Of a DNA stretch of 64,000 nt, positions 63,208 through 64,000 are shown piece by piece. The notes beneath the pieces are model-generated. The model had not been told where the DNA came from and made no database searches. It saw nothing but the letters and a program-made list of their open reading frames with translations. A program made the translations under genes and the position numbers. How positions within the stretch are numbered: position 1 is the stretch's first letter; each line of letters opens with the position of its first letter. Origin of the DNA: Selaginella moellendorffii (taxonomy: Eukaryota; Plantae; Lycopodiophyta). Where the stretch lies: assembly GCF_000143415.4 (NCBI RefSeq), contig NW_003314268.1, forward strand, positions 832,336-896,335, in the 5' to 3' direction.

Positions 63208-63466
63208 GAAAACAAAGAAACAATATAGTAAATAAACAGTCTTTATGCATTTTCTTTGTTGGTGAATGTTTAGATGCTTACCCTAGATATGCCATTCTTG
63301 ACATCCAAACTTCCTGACATGACAAAATTTCAAGAGCATTGAATTTACAAGGTAAATGCATTCTCCTTAAAGCTTATTCTTTATGTCATGCAGGAAAATG
63401 CAAGTCAATTTTGGTCATGTTTGCTATTGAGCTGCATCTTATTACCAAGCACACATACTTCTGCCA

Positions 63467-64000
63467 TGTAATGCATGTGATTATAGGATGAGATTTGGAT
63501 ATATTGTCACCGTGGATCTTTGGAACCTTGGGGATAAATGGGGATAAAATAGCCATTAAAGGGCTCTCTCATCAAACAATTGCTCTTTTTCCAATTGGCT
63601 TAAGGGGAGAGAGATAAGGTGTGCTACAGTTGGTATCGGAGCAAATGGCATGGGTTCAATTCTCATTGATTAGTAGTTACTTAAAAATACAATATATCTT
63701 TGAACAAGGTATCGTACATATTGCCCTTGAGCAAGGTATTGCATACATCCTTCCTCTTGTGTAGGCTCAGTAGGGGTTGCTAGTTATTGTATGTATTGGG
63801 CAATGTGTACGTCCTTCCTCTTGTGAGCTTGTATTGTATGTATTGGGCAATGCATACGTCCTTCCTCTTATGTAGGCTCAGTAAGGGTTGCTAGTTAATA
63901 GTCAATGAGGACATTGACATCTCTGAAGGGGGGGGGGGGGGGGGGGGGTTTTAACACATATAATCACCGGGGATCTTTAAAACCTTGGGGGAAAAATGGG
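63467..64000 (+). mobile_element. TRIM copy running off the window end
   Basis: LTR at 63467-63628, PBS TGGTATCGGAGC at 63631-63642, GAGGAC hairpin at 63901-63918, poly-G PPT, and a degenerate 3' LTR start. Confidence 0.88.

Larger units (their letters stand above)
53940..63466 (-). repeat. Right arm of the inverted segmental duplication
   Basis: Reverse complement of ~17597-26340, with indels. Confidence 0.85.

Noticed and set aside
63928-63948. 21-nt poly-G tract as a special element
   Set aside because: It is the TRIM PPT; the length and the degraded sequence after it may be sequencing error.

Overview
Eukaryotic plant DNA dominated by transposable elements. A lycophyte such as Selaginella is inferred from 57-67 bp introns, a Tcn1-like chromovirus and a Tat element with the archaeal-type RNase H upstream of RT. 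The window opens in an uninterrupted DDD-type (Sola1/DUF7869-like) transposase ORF whose element abuts a decayed chromovirus RT. Three non-coding LTR families are nested with decayed Ty3/gypsy remnants: LARD-like family A (7821-15108 plus further LTR copies), LARD-like family C (38731-46706) and a TRIM with 162-bp LTRs (three copies). All three have a tRNA-iMet-type PBS and a covarying G(AGGA)C hairpin before the PPT, and each carries hairpin-rich internal islands. The only apparently intact host gene is a three-exon Glu/Gln/Lys-rich gene with KPI repeats that I do not recognise. It has two intact copies in the arms of a ~9 kb inverted duplication (17.6-26.3 kb versus 53.9-63.5 kb) and one frameshifted, truncated copy. 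No rRNA, complete tRNA or CRISPR array was seen. All calls were made by eye with no database search.
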